Below are positions 49,337 to 59,293 of a stretch of 64,000 bases of DNA, piece after piece. The notes beneath the pieces were generated by a model. That model made no database searches. It saw only the letters and a list, made by a program, of their open reading frames with translations, and was not told the origin of the DNA. The stretch covers positions 26,728-90,727 of the forward strand of contig CAVTFD010000015.1 of NCBI GenBank assembly GCA_963733945.1, given 5' to 3'. This DNA is from an uncultured Alphaproteobacteria bacterium. GTDB lineage: Bacteria; Pseudomonadota; Alphaproteobacteria; ATCC43930; CGMCC-115725. How positions within the stretch are numbered: position 1 is the stretch's first letter; the number at the start of each line of letters is the position of its first letter. The position numbers and the translations under genes were made by a program.

Positions 49337-50383
49337 TTACAGCGCCGCCGATTGCGCCATCGATGTCGCCTGGTAGAGGCGCGCCAGATCGTCCCGCGTC
49401 TTATCAAGAAACCCGTTGAGCTTCATATCGGCGGCGAGACCGATCGCGTTGGCAAAGCCCAGGGCATCGGTCGAGCCGTGACTTTTGACTGCAATCCCGC
49501 CCAGACCCAGGAACACGGCCCCGTTGTAGCGGCGCGGATCGATTCGTATCCGCAGTTTGCGGAGCGCCCCGCGCGCGAACAGATAGCCCACCCGCGCCAG
49601 CGGCGAATGGTGGAAGGCAGCGAATAGAAACTCGCTGAAGAGCTTGGCGGTCCCTTCCGCGGTCTTGACCGCGATGTTGCCGGTGAAGCCGTCGGTGACG
49701 ACGACATCGACCGTCCCCGCCGCGATGTCGTCACCTTCAATGAAGCCGCAAAAACGGATCGGCGTCAGCGCGCCGCGCAGCCGCAGGCTGGCGGCGCGTA
49801 CGGCGTCGTTGCCCTTCAGATCCTCGGAACCGACATTGAGCAGGCCAACGGTAGGCTCGACCAGACCGAGCACGGTCCGGGCGAAGGCATCGCCCAGCAG
49901 CGCGAACTGAACCAGATTCTCGGCATCGCATTCGACATTGGCCCCGAGATCGAGCATCACGCTTTCGCCGCGCCGAGTCGGAAAGAACGAGGCGATCGCC
50001 GGCCGGTCGATCCCCGGCAACGTCTTCAGCACGAATTTCGCCATCGCCATCAGCGCGCCGGTGTTCCCGGCTGACACGACGCCGTCGGCCCTTCCGTCGG
50101 CGACCGCATCAATCGCCAAACGCATGCTCGATTGCCGCCCGCCGCGCAGTGCCAGGGATGGCTTGGCGTCGTCCAGCACCACCTCGCTCGTGTGATGCAA
50201 GGTCACTGCGGGAGCGAGGCGAGGCAGCTTCGCCAGCAACGGGCGCAGCGCGTCTTCTTGGCCGAAGAGCATGAAGCGCAAGTCAGGATAGCGCTGCAGC
50301 GCCATATCGGCGCCCTTCAACACCATGGCCGGGGCCTGCTCGCCGCCCATCGCGTCGAGGGCGATTGTGATGCCACCGCTCAC
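49337..50383 (-). CDS. plsX: phosphate acyltransferase PlsX
   Basis: [21 protein letters not shown] and LLNVGSE motifs. 348 aa. Confidence 0.95.
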   Translation of the reverse strand: MSGGITIALDAMGGEQAPAMVLKGADMALQRYPDLRFMLFGQEDALRPLLAKLPRLAPAVTLHHTSEVVLDDAKPSLALRGGRQSSMRLAIDAVADGRADGVVSAGNTGALMAMAKFVLKTLPGIDRPAIASFFPTRRGESVMLDLGANVECDAENLVQFALLGDAFARTVLGLVEPTVGLLNVGSEDLKGNDAVRAASLRLRGALTPIRFCGFIEGDDIAAGTVDVVVTDGFTGNIAVKTAEGTAKLFSEFLFAAFHHSPLARVGYLFARGALRKLRIRIDPRRYNGAVFLGLGGIAVKSHGSTDALGFANAIGLAADMKLNGFLDKTRDDLARLYQATSMAQSAAL

Positions 50384-50415
50384 CTAGCGCGGCCCTCCCC
50401 GCCGGCGCTGATCCC

Positions 50416-50604
50416 TCAGGCCGTCTCGGAACGCGGCGCCGTTACCTCGCGGCCGTCATAATAGCCGCATGACGCGCACAGGTGATGCGCGCGTTTGAGC
50501 TCGCCGCAGTTCGGGCATTCGGCGTATGTGGCCGGCTTCAAGGCATGATGCGAGCGCCGCATGTTACGGCGCGACGGAGAGGTTTTCTTTTTTGGAACGG
50601 CCAT
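50416..50604 (-). CDS. rpmF: 50S ribosomal protein L32
   Basis: [20 protein letters not shown]......CPNCGE.K..HH.C..CG.Y. Confidence 0.95.
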   Translation of the reverse strand: MAVPKKKTSPSRRNMRRSHHALKPATYAECPNCGELKRAHHLCASCGYYDGREVTAPRSETA

Positions 50605-50730
50605 GGGCAACTCGTTTTGGGGATCGCGGAAAGGCCCCGGTAATTAGCCAAAATCGGCGGTCACGGCAACAGACATGGCGTTGCCGCGCATAGAGCGGGC
50701 CGCTCTGTTCCGCACCGGGCGCCGGCAGCC

Positions 50731-51249
50731 TTAATCCTGCGCCGGTTTGCGCAACCTTGCCAGGGCGGCAAAGGCAGAGTCGACCGGTTCCGCCGCGGCA
50801 GCGGCATCGACCGCGGCGTCGGGGTGGCGCGGGAATTCTGGAAGCGCCAGCGACAGCTCCTGGGCCACCGCCTCGCCGATGTCGATCGCGTCCCCGGTCA
50901 GCGCTTCGAACACGGGGTCGTCTGGGCCCGGCTCGTGTTCGGCGCCAGGCTCTTCGGCCGGACCATAAAGCAATGAAAAAGATCCGAGAACCGTGTCCGA
51001 GACGGGTTCGAGGGTGATCACGCAGTTCTGCGCGAACGCGGCCTCGAACTCGGCTTCGAGGACGACGATCTCGCCTGGCTGGCGGCGTAAGGTCACCATC
51101 GCTGTTAGGCGGTCGAGTGCGACGAGGTCGAATCGGGCGGCGAGACGCTCGCGCTCGTCTGCCGTGGCTTGTATCTGCTGACGAAAAGGCTCCGGACCGA
51201 GCCGCGCGAGCGGGATCAAACGGGAAAATTCGGGTGTGACTTCACTCAT
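50731..51249 (-). CDS. YceD/DUF177-family protein
   Basis: The position upstream of rpmF-plsX is the classic yceD context. Acidic protein with C-terminal EAVAQELSLALPEFPRHPDA. The ATG at 51249 (MSEVTPEF) is preferred over the track start at 51678. Confidence 0.8.
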   Translation of the reverse strand: MSEVTPEFSRLIPLARLGPEPFRQQIQATADERERLAARFDLVALDRLTAMVTLRRQPGEIVVLEAEFEAAFAQNCVITLEPVSDTVLGSFSLLYGPAEEPGAEHEPGPDDPVFEALTGDAIDIGEAVAQELSLALPEFPRHPDAAVDAAAAAEPVDSAFAALARLRKPAQD

Positions 51250-51821
51250 CGAGCGGCGTCCGATGCCGCGAATGTGCTGCTCGGCCCGCCGCCGACGGGA
51301 GCGGGAAATCGAACGCGGCCGGACAGCAGCTCCGCGGCCGGTTGCCGGGCCAACTCTCCGACCGCTGCCTGCACATATTCCGCCATGCCGGCGATCTGCG
51401 GCGACGATCTCGGGATGGTGCCGAAAAGGTTGCGCTCCAATGCGGCGGCCAGAACCGAATCGGCGCTTTCGATACCGTCCTGATAAGCGCGAATGCGGCC
51501 GTAAAAACCCCTGGCCATCCGCTTCACGTGCTTGCCCACGCTCAAATCGCCGGTGCCCATTTCGCGCAACGCCCGGTCGAGATCCGCGAACATCGCGTCG
51601 AAAAACGCCTGAGACAGTTCCGCCGACCGCGGCCGGTCGGCCTTGAGCCGGTAAAGATAGAGAAATGCATGCAGGCAAATCAGCTCATACCGGCCGTCGA
51701 GTGTGTCAGGCACCCCATATCCGGCGAAAAACACGGGTTGGCGAGCTTGTTCGACGACCCGTCCATAGGCGAGCGCCGCCGCATCTCGAATCGACCTGCG
51801 TCGGGTAGAACTGATCACCAT
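51246..51821 (-). CDS. ubiquinol-cytochrome c chaperone (Cbp3-like) family protein
   Basis: YGRVVEQARQPVFF..YGVPDTLDGRYELICLHAFL...FFDAMFADLDRALREMG.GDL.VGKHVKRMA..FYGR. ATGA overlap with the downstream yceD. Confidence 0.7.
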   Translation of the reverse strand: MVISSTRRRSIRDAAALAYGRVVEQARQPVFFAGYGVPDTLDGRYELICLHAFLYLYRLKADRPRSAELSQAFFDAMFADLDRALREMGTGDLSVGKHVKRMARGFYGRIRAYQDGIESADSVLAAALERNLFGTIPRSSPQIAGMAEYVQAAVGELARQPAAELLSGRVRFPAPVGGGPSSTFAASDAAR

Positions 51822-51958
51822 GAGCCTCGCGGGCAATCGCAGTCGTTGACAACGACCGGCTCTCGGCCGAATCTGCGGTCCGGTAGGTAGGTGTCGTCTC
51901 AATCTATTTCAACCGAGACCTGCCTTGGCCGCGCGATATCTTGTCCGGTAGCCAAGCC

Positions 51959-52462
51959 ATGCTGATGCTACGCTTATCCGCCGCTTTCACTGCTCTGTCG
52001 GCTGCTGTCGCGCTGGCGGGCTGCGCTACCACCGTCGAGCAGCGCGGCAATCTTCCGCCGCCGGACGAAATCGGTGAAATTCACCCGGGCAAAACTACCA
52101 AGGACGAGGTTGCGAAGATCCTCGGTACGCCGTCCAGTGTCGGCGTCTTCAACGATAATTCGTGGTATTACATCAGCCGGCGCACCAGCCAATTCTCGTT
52201 CTTTGATCCTAAGGTGGTCGACCAGCAGGTCTATATTGTCGACTTCAACGACCACAATGTCGTTAAGGCTGTGGACCATAAAACTTTGAAGGACGGGCAG
52301 GAGATCGCCCCGGTTGCGCGTGCGACGCCGGCCCCCGGACGTGAGTTGACGTTTCTCGAGCAGATTATCGGCAATCTCGGCAGGTTCAACGGCAGCACGG
52401 CAGGCACCGAGAGCAGCGGCGGCGGCCGCGCGCCTGGTCCAAACCCGCAAAGCCAGGAGTGA
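51959..52462 (+). CDS. bamE: outer membrane protein assembly factor BamE (SmpA/OmlA)
   Basis: Lipobox LAGC, then GNLPPPDEIGEIHPGKTTKDEVAKILGTPS and WYYISRR. The track start at 51941 is a TTG; the ATG at 51959 is preferred. Confidence 0.8.
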   Translation: MLMLRLSAAFTALSAAVALAGCATTVEQRGNLPPPDEIGEIHPGKTTKDEVAKILGTPSSVGVFNDNSWYYISRRTSQFSFFDPKVVDQQVYIVDFNDHNVVKAVDHKTLKDGQEIAPVARATPAPGRELTFLEQIIGNLGRFNGSTAGTESSGGGRAPGPNPQSQE

Positions 52463-52490
52463 CCGGTGCTGCTGCCGATCAGCCGCAGCC

Positions 52491-54587
52491 TCAACTCGCC
52501 CATTTCGCCAGAATGGCCAGCAGCAACAGCGCGACGATATTGGTGATCTTGATCATCGGGTTGATCGCGGGCCCGGCTGTGTCCTTGTAGGGATCGCCAA
52601 CGGTATCGCCGGTCACCGCAGCCTTGTGGGCATCCGAGCCCTTGCCGCCGTGATGGCCTTCCTCGATGTATTTCTTGGCATTGTCCCAAGCGCCACCGCC
52701 TGAGGTCATCGAGATCGCAACAAAAAGACCGGTCACAATCGTGCCAAGCAGCATTGCGCCGAGCGCGCTGAACGCGGCGGAGCGTCCGGCGATCAGCGCA
52801 ATCACGACGTAGAGCGCGATCGGCGCCGCCACCGGCAGCAGGGAAGGCACGATCATCTCGCGGATCGCCGCGCGGGTCAGCAAATCGACGGCAAGGCCGT
52901 AATCGGGTTTTGCCCGGCCTTCCATGATGCCGGGGATCTCGCGAAACTGCCGACGCACTTCGACCACGATCGACCCTGCCGCGCGGCCGACCGCGGTCAT
53001 GCCGAGGGCCGCGAAGAGGTACGGCAAAAGCCCGCCGAGAAAGAGCCCGATCACGACATAGGGGTCTTGCAATGCAAAATGAACATCAAGAGTGGGAAAG
53101 TAGTGCTTGAGGTCCTGGGTGTACGCAGCGAACAGCACAACGGAAGCGAGCCCGGCGGAGCCGATCGCATAACCCTTGGTCACTGCCTTGGTCGTGTTGC
53201 CGACGGCATCGAGCGCGTCGGTCGTGCGGCGGACCTCGGGCGGCAGATCGGCCATCTCGGCGATGCCGCCGGCATTATCGGTAACCGGGCCATAGGCGTC
53301 GATGGCGATGATGATTCCGGCCAAGGCCAGCATCGTCGTCGCCGCCACGGCGATGCCGAACAGCCCGGCCAGCAGAAAGGAGACCACGATCCCGACGCAG
53401 ATGACAACGACCGGCAGTGCCGTCGCCTCCATCGACACCGCAAGCCCTTGGATCACATTGGTGCCGTCGCCGGTTGTCGAGCTCTGCGCGATGCTGCGCA
53501 CCGGCCGGTAATCGCTCGCCGTATAATACTCGGTGATCCAGACGATGAAGCCGGTTACCCCCAGGCCCACAATGCTGCACAACCACAGCTGAACGCCGGT
53601 GACGGAACTCCCGGTGCTCATCAGCAGCGGTCGCCGGGCGCCAAACAACAAATAGATCACGACCGCGATCGCGATGACCGACAAGATCCCGGTGGCGATC
53701 AGCCCCTTGTAGAGCGCTTTCATGATCCCGTTATCGTTGCCGAGTCGCACGAAATAGGTGCCAATTACCGAAGTCACGATGCACACCGCGCCGATGACGA
53801 GCGGCAACAGCAGCATTTTGTCGAGCAAGGGCGGTGCAAAAAAAATATTGGCCAGCAGCATCGTCGCGACGATGGTCACGACATAGGTTTCGAACAAATC
53901 CGCGGCCATGCCGGCGCAATCGCCGACATTGTCGCCGACATTGTCGGCGATGACCGCGGGGTTGCGCGGGTCGTCCTCGGGGATGCCGGCCTCGATCTTC
54001 CCGACGATGTCGGCGCCGACATCGGCGCCCTTGGTGAAGATGCCGCCGCCGAGCCGCGCGAAAATCGAGATCAACGACGCGCCAAAGCTCAGCCCGAGCA
54101 TGGCTTCAAGGACCGGACGCAGATCGTCGCCCCCGGTCGTTGCGCGCAGGACGAAATAATAGATCCCCACCGCCAGCAACCCCAGTCCAACCACCAGCAA
54201 TCCGGTCACGGCGCCCGCTCTGAATGCGACCGCAAGCCCGGCGGCGAGCCCGCCGCGCGAGGCCTGTGCGGTGCGCACATTTGCCCGCACCGAAACGTTC
54301 ATGCCGATATAGCCGGCCGATGCCGACAACACCGCGCCGATCAGGTAGCCGATCGCGACGCGCGGCCCGAGTGCTATGCCGAGCACGATCAGGATGACCA
54401 CGCCGACGATTGCGACAGTTCGGTATTGGCGGTTGAGATAGGCGCGGGCGCCGACTTGCACCGCGCCCGAGATTTCCTGCATCCGGGCGGTCCCGGCATT
54501 GGCGCTCAGCACCTGACGGCTCGTGACCCAGCCGTAGAGCAACGCCAGCACGCCGCAAGCGATGACGAGATAATATGCGTTAGGCAT
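52491..54587 (-). CDS. hppA: membrane-bound proton-translocating pyrophosphatase
   Basis: [67 protein letters not shown] and [12 protein letters not shown]. The ATG at 54587 gives [10 protein letters not shown]. Confidence 0.95.
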   Translation of the reverse strand: MPNAYYLVIACGVLALLYGWVTSRQVLSANAGTARMQEISGAVQVGARAYLNRQYRTVAIVGVVILIVLGIALGPRVAIGYLIGAVLSASAGYIGMNVSVRANVRTAQASRGGLAAGLAVAFRAGAVTGLLVVGLGLLAVGIYYFVLRATTGGDDLRPVLEAMLGLSFGASLISIFARLGGGIFTKGADVGADIVGKIEAGIPEDDPRNPAVIADNVGDNVGDCAGMAADLFETYVVTIVATMLLANIFFAPPLLDKMLLLPLVIGAVCIVTSVIGTYFVRLGNDNGIMKALYKGLIATGILSVIAIAVVIYLLFGARRPLLMSTGSSVTGVQLWLCSIVGLGVTGFIVWITEYYTASDYRPVRSIAQSSTTGDGTNVIQGLAVSMEATALPVVVICVGIVVSFLLAGLFGIAVAATTMLALAGIIIAIDAYGPVTDNAGGIAEMADLPPEVRRTTDALDAVGNTTKAVTKGYAIGSAGLASVVLFAAYTQDLKHYFPTLDVHFALQDPYVVIGLFLGGLLPYLFAALGMTAVGRAAGSIVVEVRRQFREIPGIMEGRAKPDYGLAVDLLTRAAIREMIVPSLLPVAAPIALYVVIALIAGRSAAFSALGAMLLGTIVTGLFVAISMTSGGGAWDNAKKYIEEGHHGGKGSDAHKAAVTGDTVGDPYKDTAGPAINPMIKITNIVALLLLAILAKWAS

Positions 54588-54760
54588 AGGGGAGCTTGCC
54601 TCGCGACCAGCGGGAAAGGGGGGCCCTCCGCTGCCCGGCGAGGACAGGTCGGAGCGCGCGGAACATGGCAGAAGCGCAATCTTTGGGCAACCGCCCTCGC
54701 GAATAGCGCGCACTCGCACGCGCGAGGCGTCCTGCTTAATCAGACCATCGTCTCAGCCCG

Positions 54761-55753
54761 TCAAAAATGGCGGTAGCCCCCGACCTCGACCGGGATCGCC
54801 CGCCCCGCAGCGTCGACGAGCCGCACACCCGCGCCGGGCTCGATCCGACCGATCGCGGTGAGCGGCAAGTCGAGCCGCGATCCAAGTGCGCGAATGCTCT
54901 CGGTCGCTTCCGGAGCTGCCGTGAACAGCAGCTCGTAATCGTCGCCGCCGGTTGCGAGCCGTGGCGCAATCTCCGGATCGAGCGCAACGAATGCTCTTGC
55001 GGCGGGCGACAACGGCAGCGCTTCGAGTTCTACGATCGCGGCGACGTCGGAGGTCTCGCAGATGTGGCCGAGATCGGCGAGGAGGCCGTCGGAAACGTCG
55101 ATCATCGCATGCGCGAGACCGCACAGCGCGGGACCGAGGGCAACGCGCGGTTCAGGGACCTGGAACCGGGCGATCAGGGCAACGCGATGTTCCGCCGCCA
55201 AGCCCGGACAGGCTCCGCGCAGCACGTAGAGTCCGAGAAACGCGTCGCCGATCGTGCCCGAGACCCAGACCACATCCCTGGGGCGGGCGCCGCTGCGCCG
55301 GATCTCGGTTCCCGACGCGACTTCGCCGATCGCGGTCAGCGACAGCACCGCCGGCCCCGAGGTCGCGACCGAATCGCCGCCCAGCAGGGCAATGCCGAAC
55401 CGCTGCTGATCGTCTTCAAGCCCGCGCGCAAAGCCGGCGATCCATTCTGTCCCGAGTTGGGCGGGCAGCGCCGTCGTCAGCAGATAATGCAATGGCTGGG
55501 CGCCCATCGCCGCGAGGTCCGACAGATTGACCCGCAGCAGTTTTTTGGCGACCAGGTCCGGCGGGTCCTCCGGCAGGTAATGCACGCCGGCGACGATCGC
55601 GTCCGCGGTCATGACCAGCCGGTGCCCGGCGCGGCAATCGACCAGTGCTGCGTCGTCGAGCAGTCCGAGCCCGCCCGGCCCCGCCAGCGGCGCGAAATAG
55701 CGCCGAATACGCTCGAACTCGCCCGCTGCCTCGCCGGCGGCGCCCGGGGGCAT
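54761..55753 (-). CDS. thiL: thiamine-monophosphate kinase
   Basis: GEFERIRRYF, LLDDAALV and VMTADAIVAGVHY...KLLRVNLSDLAAMGA...GGDS motifs. The ATG at 55753 is close to the nusB stop. Confidence 0.9.
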   Translation of the reverse strand: MPPGAAGEAAGEFERIRRYFAPLAGPGGLGLLDDAALVDCRAGHRLVMTADAIVAGVHYLPEDPPDLVAKKLLRVNLSDLAAMGAQPLHYLLTTALPAQLGTEWIAGFARGLEDDQQRFGIALLGGDSVATSGPAVLSLTAIGEVASGTEIRRSGARPRDVVWVSGTIGDAFLGLYVLRGACPGLAAEHRVALIARFQVPEPRVALGPALCGLAHAMIDVSDGLLADLGHICETSDVAAIVELEALPLSPAARAFVALDPEIAPRLATGGDDYELLFTAAPEATESIRALGSRLDLPLTAIGRIEPGAGVRLVDAAGRAIPVEVGGYRHF

Positions 55754-55758
55754 CGCCG

Positions 55759-56256
55759 CTACATATCCGCCGGGCGCAAGCTGCGGCCCAACCGATCGAG
55801 CACGCCATTGGCGAGCCCCGGTTCCTTGCCGACAAAAAACGCATGGGCGATTGCGATGTACTCGCTGATCGTGACCCGCGCCGGGACATCCCTCCGCCGC
55901 ACAAATTCCCAGGCGCCGGCGCGCAAGATCGCACGCAATACCGCATCGAGCCGCGCCAGCGGCCATTCCTCGACCAGCACGGCCGAGATGTCGGCGTCGA
56001 GCCGTTCCTGATCGGCGGCGACGCCACTCACGATGTCGGCGAAGAACACCGGGTCGGCCTCAGCCAACTGGTCGCCCTCGATCTCCTGGTCAAACCGGTA
56101 GCGGGCGAATTCGCGGACCACCGCTTCGGGATCGAGCTCCGGGTTGAGCTCGAGCTGGTAGAGCGCCTGAACCGCCGCGAAGCGCGCGACCGTGCGCCGC
56201 CGCCCGCCGCTCCGCGGGCGTCCGTCGCTCGTGGTGTGGTCGTCCGCCGCATTCAT
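55759..56256 (-). CDS. nusB: transcription antitermination factor NusB
   Basis: RRRTVARFAAVQALYQLEL...WPLARLDAVLRAILRAGAWE...EYIAIAHAFF. Confidence 0.9.
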   Translation of the reverse strand: MNAADDHTTSDGRPRSGGRRRTVARFAAVQALYQLELNPELDPEAVVREFARYRFDQEIEGDQLAEADPVFFADIVSGVAADQERLDADISAVLVEEWPLARLDAVLRAILRAGAWEFVRRRDVPARVTISEYIAIAHAFFVGKEPGLANGVLDRLGRSLRPADM

Positions 56257-56699
56257 CCGCCGGCCTGCGCCAGCCGCCGTTTCAGCTCGACGATCGCCAG
56301 GCAGGCGCGCACCGCCGCGCCGCCATGGTCGCGGCCCTCGGGTGGGGCGCGTTCGAGCGCTTGCGCCTCGTTCTCGCAGGTCAGAATGCCATAGCCGATG
56401 GCGAGCCCGTCACGCACCGCCAGTTCCTGCAATCCGCGCGCGCTCTCGGCACAGATATGATCGTAATGAGTCGTCTGGCCGCGGATCACGCAGCCAAGCG
56501 CCACAAACCCGTCGAACCGCTCGCTCGCCCGCGCGGCGATACCGATCGCGGCCGGGATCTCGAACGATCCGGGGACCTGGACGGTCTCATGGGTGGCTCC
56601 CGCCGCGGCGAGCGCGCGCTTGGCCCCGCGCCGCAATGCCTCGGCGATATGGGCGTAATAGGGCGCCTCGACGATCAGGATATGCGGTGGCCGGCTCAT
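56253..56699 (-). CDS. ribH: 6,7-dimethyl-8-ribityllumazine synthase
   Basis: 148 aa. VPGSFEIP, ALGCVIRGQTTHYDHI and GILTCEN motifs. Confidence 0.95.
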   Translation of the reverse strand: MSRPPHILIVEAPYYAHIAEALRRGAKRALAAAGATHETVQVPGSFEIPAAIGIAARASERFDGFVALGCVIRGQTTHYDHICAESARGLQELAVRDGLAIGYGILTCENEAQALERAPPEGRDHGGAAVRACLAIVELKRRLAQAGG

Positions 56700-57313
56700 G
56701 ATGCGCTGTCCTGAACAGCGTCGGCCGCTGTCGAACCGAGCAGCCGGGCGACGTAGCGGGCGATCATGTCGATTTCCAGATTCATCTGCTGCCCCGGCTG
56801 AGCCTCGTTGAAACTGGTGCGGGCTAGGGTGTGCGGGATGATGTTGACGCCAAACCGGGTCCCCGACACTTCGTTGACCGTCAGGCTGACCCCGTCGAGC
56901 GCCACCGACCCCTTGGGCGCGATAAACGGCATCAGCGCCTCGGGGGCCTCGAACACGAATCGGACCGATTCAGCCTCGGGCCGCCGTTCGACGATCCGCG
57001 CCAGCCCATCGACATGGCCCGAAACCAAATGCCCGCCCAGCTCGTCGCCGAGCCGCAAGGATTGTTCTAGATTGACCGCGGCGCCTTCCCGCCAGGCGCC
57101 GATCGTCGTCCGCGATACGGTCTCGGCCGAAGCCTGCACCGTGAACGCCCCGTACTCGACCGCGACCACGGTCAGACACGGCCCCGAGCAGGCGATCGAC
57201 GCCCCGATCGCGATCGCCGCGGTATCGAACCCGGTGGCGATGGTCAGGTCGACCAGCTCGCCGCGCCGCATCCGCCGCACCTGCCCGAGATCGGTAACGA
57301 TGCCGGTAAACAT
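56696..57313 (-). CDS. ribE: riboflavin synthase (alpha chain)
   Basis: MFTGIVTDLGQV..., GASIACSGPCLTV, GGHLVSGHVDG, and the duplicated lumazine-binding repeat GVSLTV. Confidence 0.95.
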   Translation of the reverse strand: MFTGIVTDLGQVRRMRRGELVDLTIATGFDTAAIAIGASIACSGPCLTVVAVEYGAFTVQASAETVSRTTIGAWREGAAVNLEQSLRLGDELGGHLVSGHVDGLARIVERRPEAESVRFVFEAPEALMPFIAPKGSVALDGVSLTVNEVSGTRFGVNIIPHTLARTSFNEAQPGQQMNLEIDMIARYVARLLGSTAADAVQDSAS

Positions 57314-57466
57314 GCCGACAGGCTACGAGTCCCGCCGGAAATTTACCAGCCGCCTCTCGCCCGGACAGGGATTAAGGGGCCAATTCGCGTCGTCCCCGCG
57401 AAAGCCGAGGCCATGACGGAAATGGGCGCCGTCCGAGGTCTGTCCGTCTCGACCAATGCAGGCGCC

Positions 57467-57651
57467 AATTCCCGTAAACCGGGAAAATAACCAGGAATCT
57501 TGTCGATTCAGCTTTTCGGCGGCCGTTCGGTGTTGAAATCGGTACTGATTCATCAATGGGTTACGGGCGAATTCCCGTAGCGGCATGACCGGGAAATTTT
57601 TGCCCGGAACCGGGAAAATATTCGGCGTAACCGGGAAATGGACGGGAACGG
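57467..57651. repeat. cluster of (A)CCGGGAAA(W)/TTTCCCGG motif copies and short palindromes
   Basis: Plus-strand copies: AATTCCCGtaaaCCGGGAAAAT (57467-57488), TACGGGcgaattCCCGTA (57562-57579), ACCGGGAAATTTT (57588), GCCCGGAACCGGGAAAATA (57602-57620), CCGGGAAATG (57631) and ACGGGAACGG (57642). The last three direct copies are about 20-21 nt apart. Confidence 0.7.
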
Positions 57652-57783
57652 AAGATTGGGACTGCATTCTCGACCAAAGGCTTGTTTCTGATCTGTTCGC
57701 ATCCGAATATCCGAATATAGGGTGTGTCCCTAACTTGGAAAGACGATCGACCGGTTACAGGAACTGCCTGCCATCAAAAGTAG

Positions 57784-58461
57784 TTACCGGTCTTTAAATT
57801 CTTGGCTGGTGGGCAGCCCTGCCGTCCTCCATTCGGGAAATCCATCGGCGAGCCGCCGCGCCCGGTAGCCTCGCTGGCGTAACAACGCGACCGCTTCGAA
57901 CGACAGAACGCACCACGGCCCGCGGCAATAAGCGACGATCTCTTGGTCCGGCGGCAGCTCGGCCAAGCGCCGTTCCAATTGCGATAACGGGATGTTCAGG
58001 GCGTCGGGCAAATGCCCGCTGGCGAACTCATCTTCCGGCCTAACGTCGAGGACGGTGGCAGCCCCGCGGCGCAGGCGGTCGAGCAGTTCATCGCGCGATA
58101 CTGGCTCAAACTCGTCGCGAGCGCGGAAATAGCTCGCCATCACGCGCGCGATTTCGGCGCTGTTGCGCTCTCCGACGCGGCTGAGGGCTCCGAGCAAACC
58201 CACCACCACTTCGTCGCCCGCGAGACAATAGTAGACGCGCTTGCCGGCGCGGCGGCCCTCGACAAGCGCAGCGCGGCGGAGAAGCTGCAAATGCCGGGAT
58301 GCATTGGCGAGGGTGAGGCTCGCGCGAGTCGCCAAATCCTCGACGCTGCGCTCGCCTTGCCCGAGATGCTCGAGCAATTCGAGCCGATGCGCATGGGCAA
58401 GCGCGTGCGCGATCTGGGCGAGACCTGCAAAAACCTGCTGTTTCGGACCCACGCTTGACAT
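57784..58461 (-). CDS. ArsR/SmtB-family regulator fused to a rhodanese domain
   Basis: N-terminal wHTH LAHAHRLELLEHLGQGERSVEDLATRASLTLANASRHLQLLRRAALVEGRRAGKRVYY. C-terminal rhodanese domain LDVRPEDEFASGHLPDALNIP...IVAYCRGPWC (active-site Cys loop). Confidence 0.85.
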   Translation of the reverse strand: MSSVGPKQQVFAGLAQIAHALAHAHRLELLEHLGQGERSVEDLATRASLTLANASRHLQLLRRAALVEGRRAGKRVYYCLAGDEVVVGLLGALSRVGERNSAEIARVMASYFRARDEFEPVSRDELLDRLRRGAATVLDVRPEDEFASGHLPDALNIPLSQLERRLAELPPDQEIVAYCRGPWCVLSFEAVALLRQRGYRARRLADGFPEWRTAGLPTSQEFKDR

Positions 58462-58480
58462 CTCTTGCTTTCTATGGAAT

Positions 58481-58502
58481 CATTCATTAGAATAATTGAA
58501 TG
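58481..58502. promoter_or_regulatory. candidate operator in the divergent arsR-rhodanese / MBL promoter region
   Basis: AT-rich 88-nt divergent intergenic region containing the imperfect inverted repeat CATTCAttagaataaTTGAATG. Confidence 0.25.
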
Positions 58503-58549
58503 TATGTCGGCGGCCAAGCAAAGCGGCTGTCGCGCTGTGGGAGGCTCGC

Positions 58550-59293
58550 ATGATCCTGCGTCAATTCCTCCATACCGACCCCGTTGCGATCTCCTATTTG
58601 TTCGGCTGCGGCGGGCATGCCGCCTGCGCGGTCGTGGATCCGGTGGGCGACATCGCACCATATCTGCGGGTGGCCGACAACACCGGCATGCGCATCCATT
58701 TCGTGATCGACACCCATATTCACGCCGATCATCGTTCGGCGGGCAGCGCTCTCGCTGCCGAGGCGGGAGCCGAGTACGTCCTCCGCGCCGGCGCCGACGT
58801 GGGTTTCGCTTTCTACGCCCTGAAGGACAGCGAGCGCCTGCCGCTCGGCAATGTCGTGGTCGATGTCATCCATACGCCCGGCCACACGCCGGAGCATGTC
58901 TGCCTTCTGGTCACCGACCGCACGCGAGCGGACGAGCCGTGGTTCGTGCTGACCGGCCACACGTTGATGGTCGGCGATGTCGGCCGCACCGAACTCGCGA
59001 CCGACGCCGCAGCCGGCGCGCGCACCCTGTTCGCCAGCCTCGTTCGCCTGAAGGCGCTGCCCGACCATATCGAGGTACTGCCCGGCGCCTACGCCGGCTC
59101 GGTCTGCGGAAGGCGGCTCAGCGGCAAGCCCTCCTCGACGATCGGCTTCGAGCGGCGTTTCAATGCCGCGTTCCGGATCGCGGCGGCAGACGCCTTCGTC
59201 GAATTCATGTTGCAGGACATCCCGCCAGCGCCCCCCGAGGCGGCGGAGTTGCGCGCCTGGAACGCAGGACACCGCGCCGTCGCGGCGAAATGA
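58550..59293 (+). CDS. MBL-fold metallo-hydrolase (glyoxalase II / persulfide dioxygenase-like)
   Basis: The ATG at 58550 follows GGGAGG. Motifs VIDTHIHADH (HxHxDH), HTPGHTPEH and GHTLMVGDVGR. Confidence 0.85.
   Translation: MILRQFLHTDPVAISYLFGCGGHAACAVVDPVGDIAPYLRVADNTGMRIHFVIDTHIHADHRSAGSALAAEAGAEYVLRAGADVGFAFYALKDSERLPLGNVVVDVIHTPGHTPEHVCLLVTDRTRADEPWFVLTGHTLMVGDVGRTELATDAAAGARTLFASLVRLKALPDHIEVLPGAYAGSVCGRRLSGKPSSTIGFERRFNAAFRIAAADAFVEFMLQDIPPAPPEAAELRAWNAGHRAVAAK

Noticed and set aside
57314-57783. FMN (RFN) riboswitch expected upstream of ribE-ribH-nusB. I also checked upstream of ribA (2573-2930).
   Set aside because: I looked on the coding strand for the conserved RFN blocks (AGGGCnGGGUGnAAnUCCC, GCCCGCGAGC, CCGACnGU, AGUCnGGAUG) and found none, only loose resemblances such as GGTAAATTTCC. 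An Infernal scan would be decisive.
57323-57797. ORFs 57323..57667 (-) and 57585..57797 (+) with repeated FPV / TGK peptides.
   Set aside because: The peptide repeats are simply the translation of the CCGGGAAA nucleotide motif array. There is no Shine-Dalgarno, and both strands give equally repetitive products.
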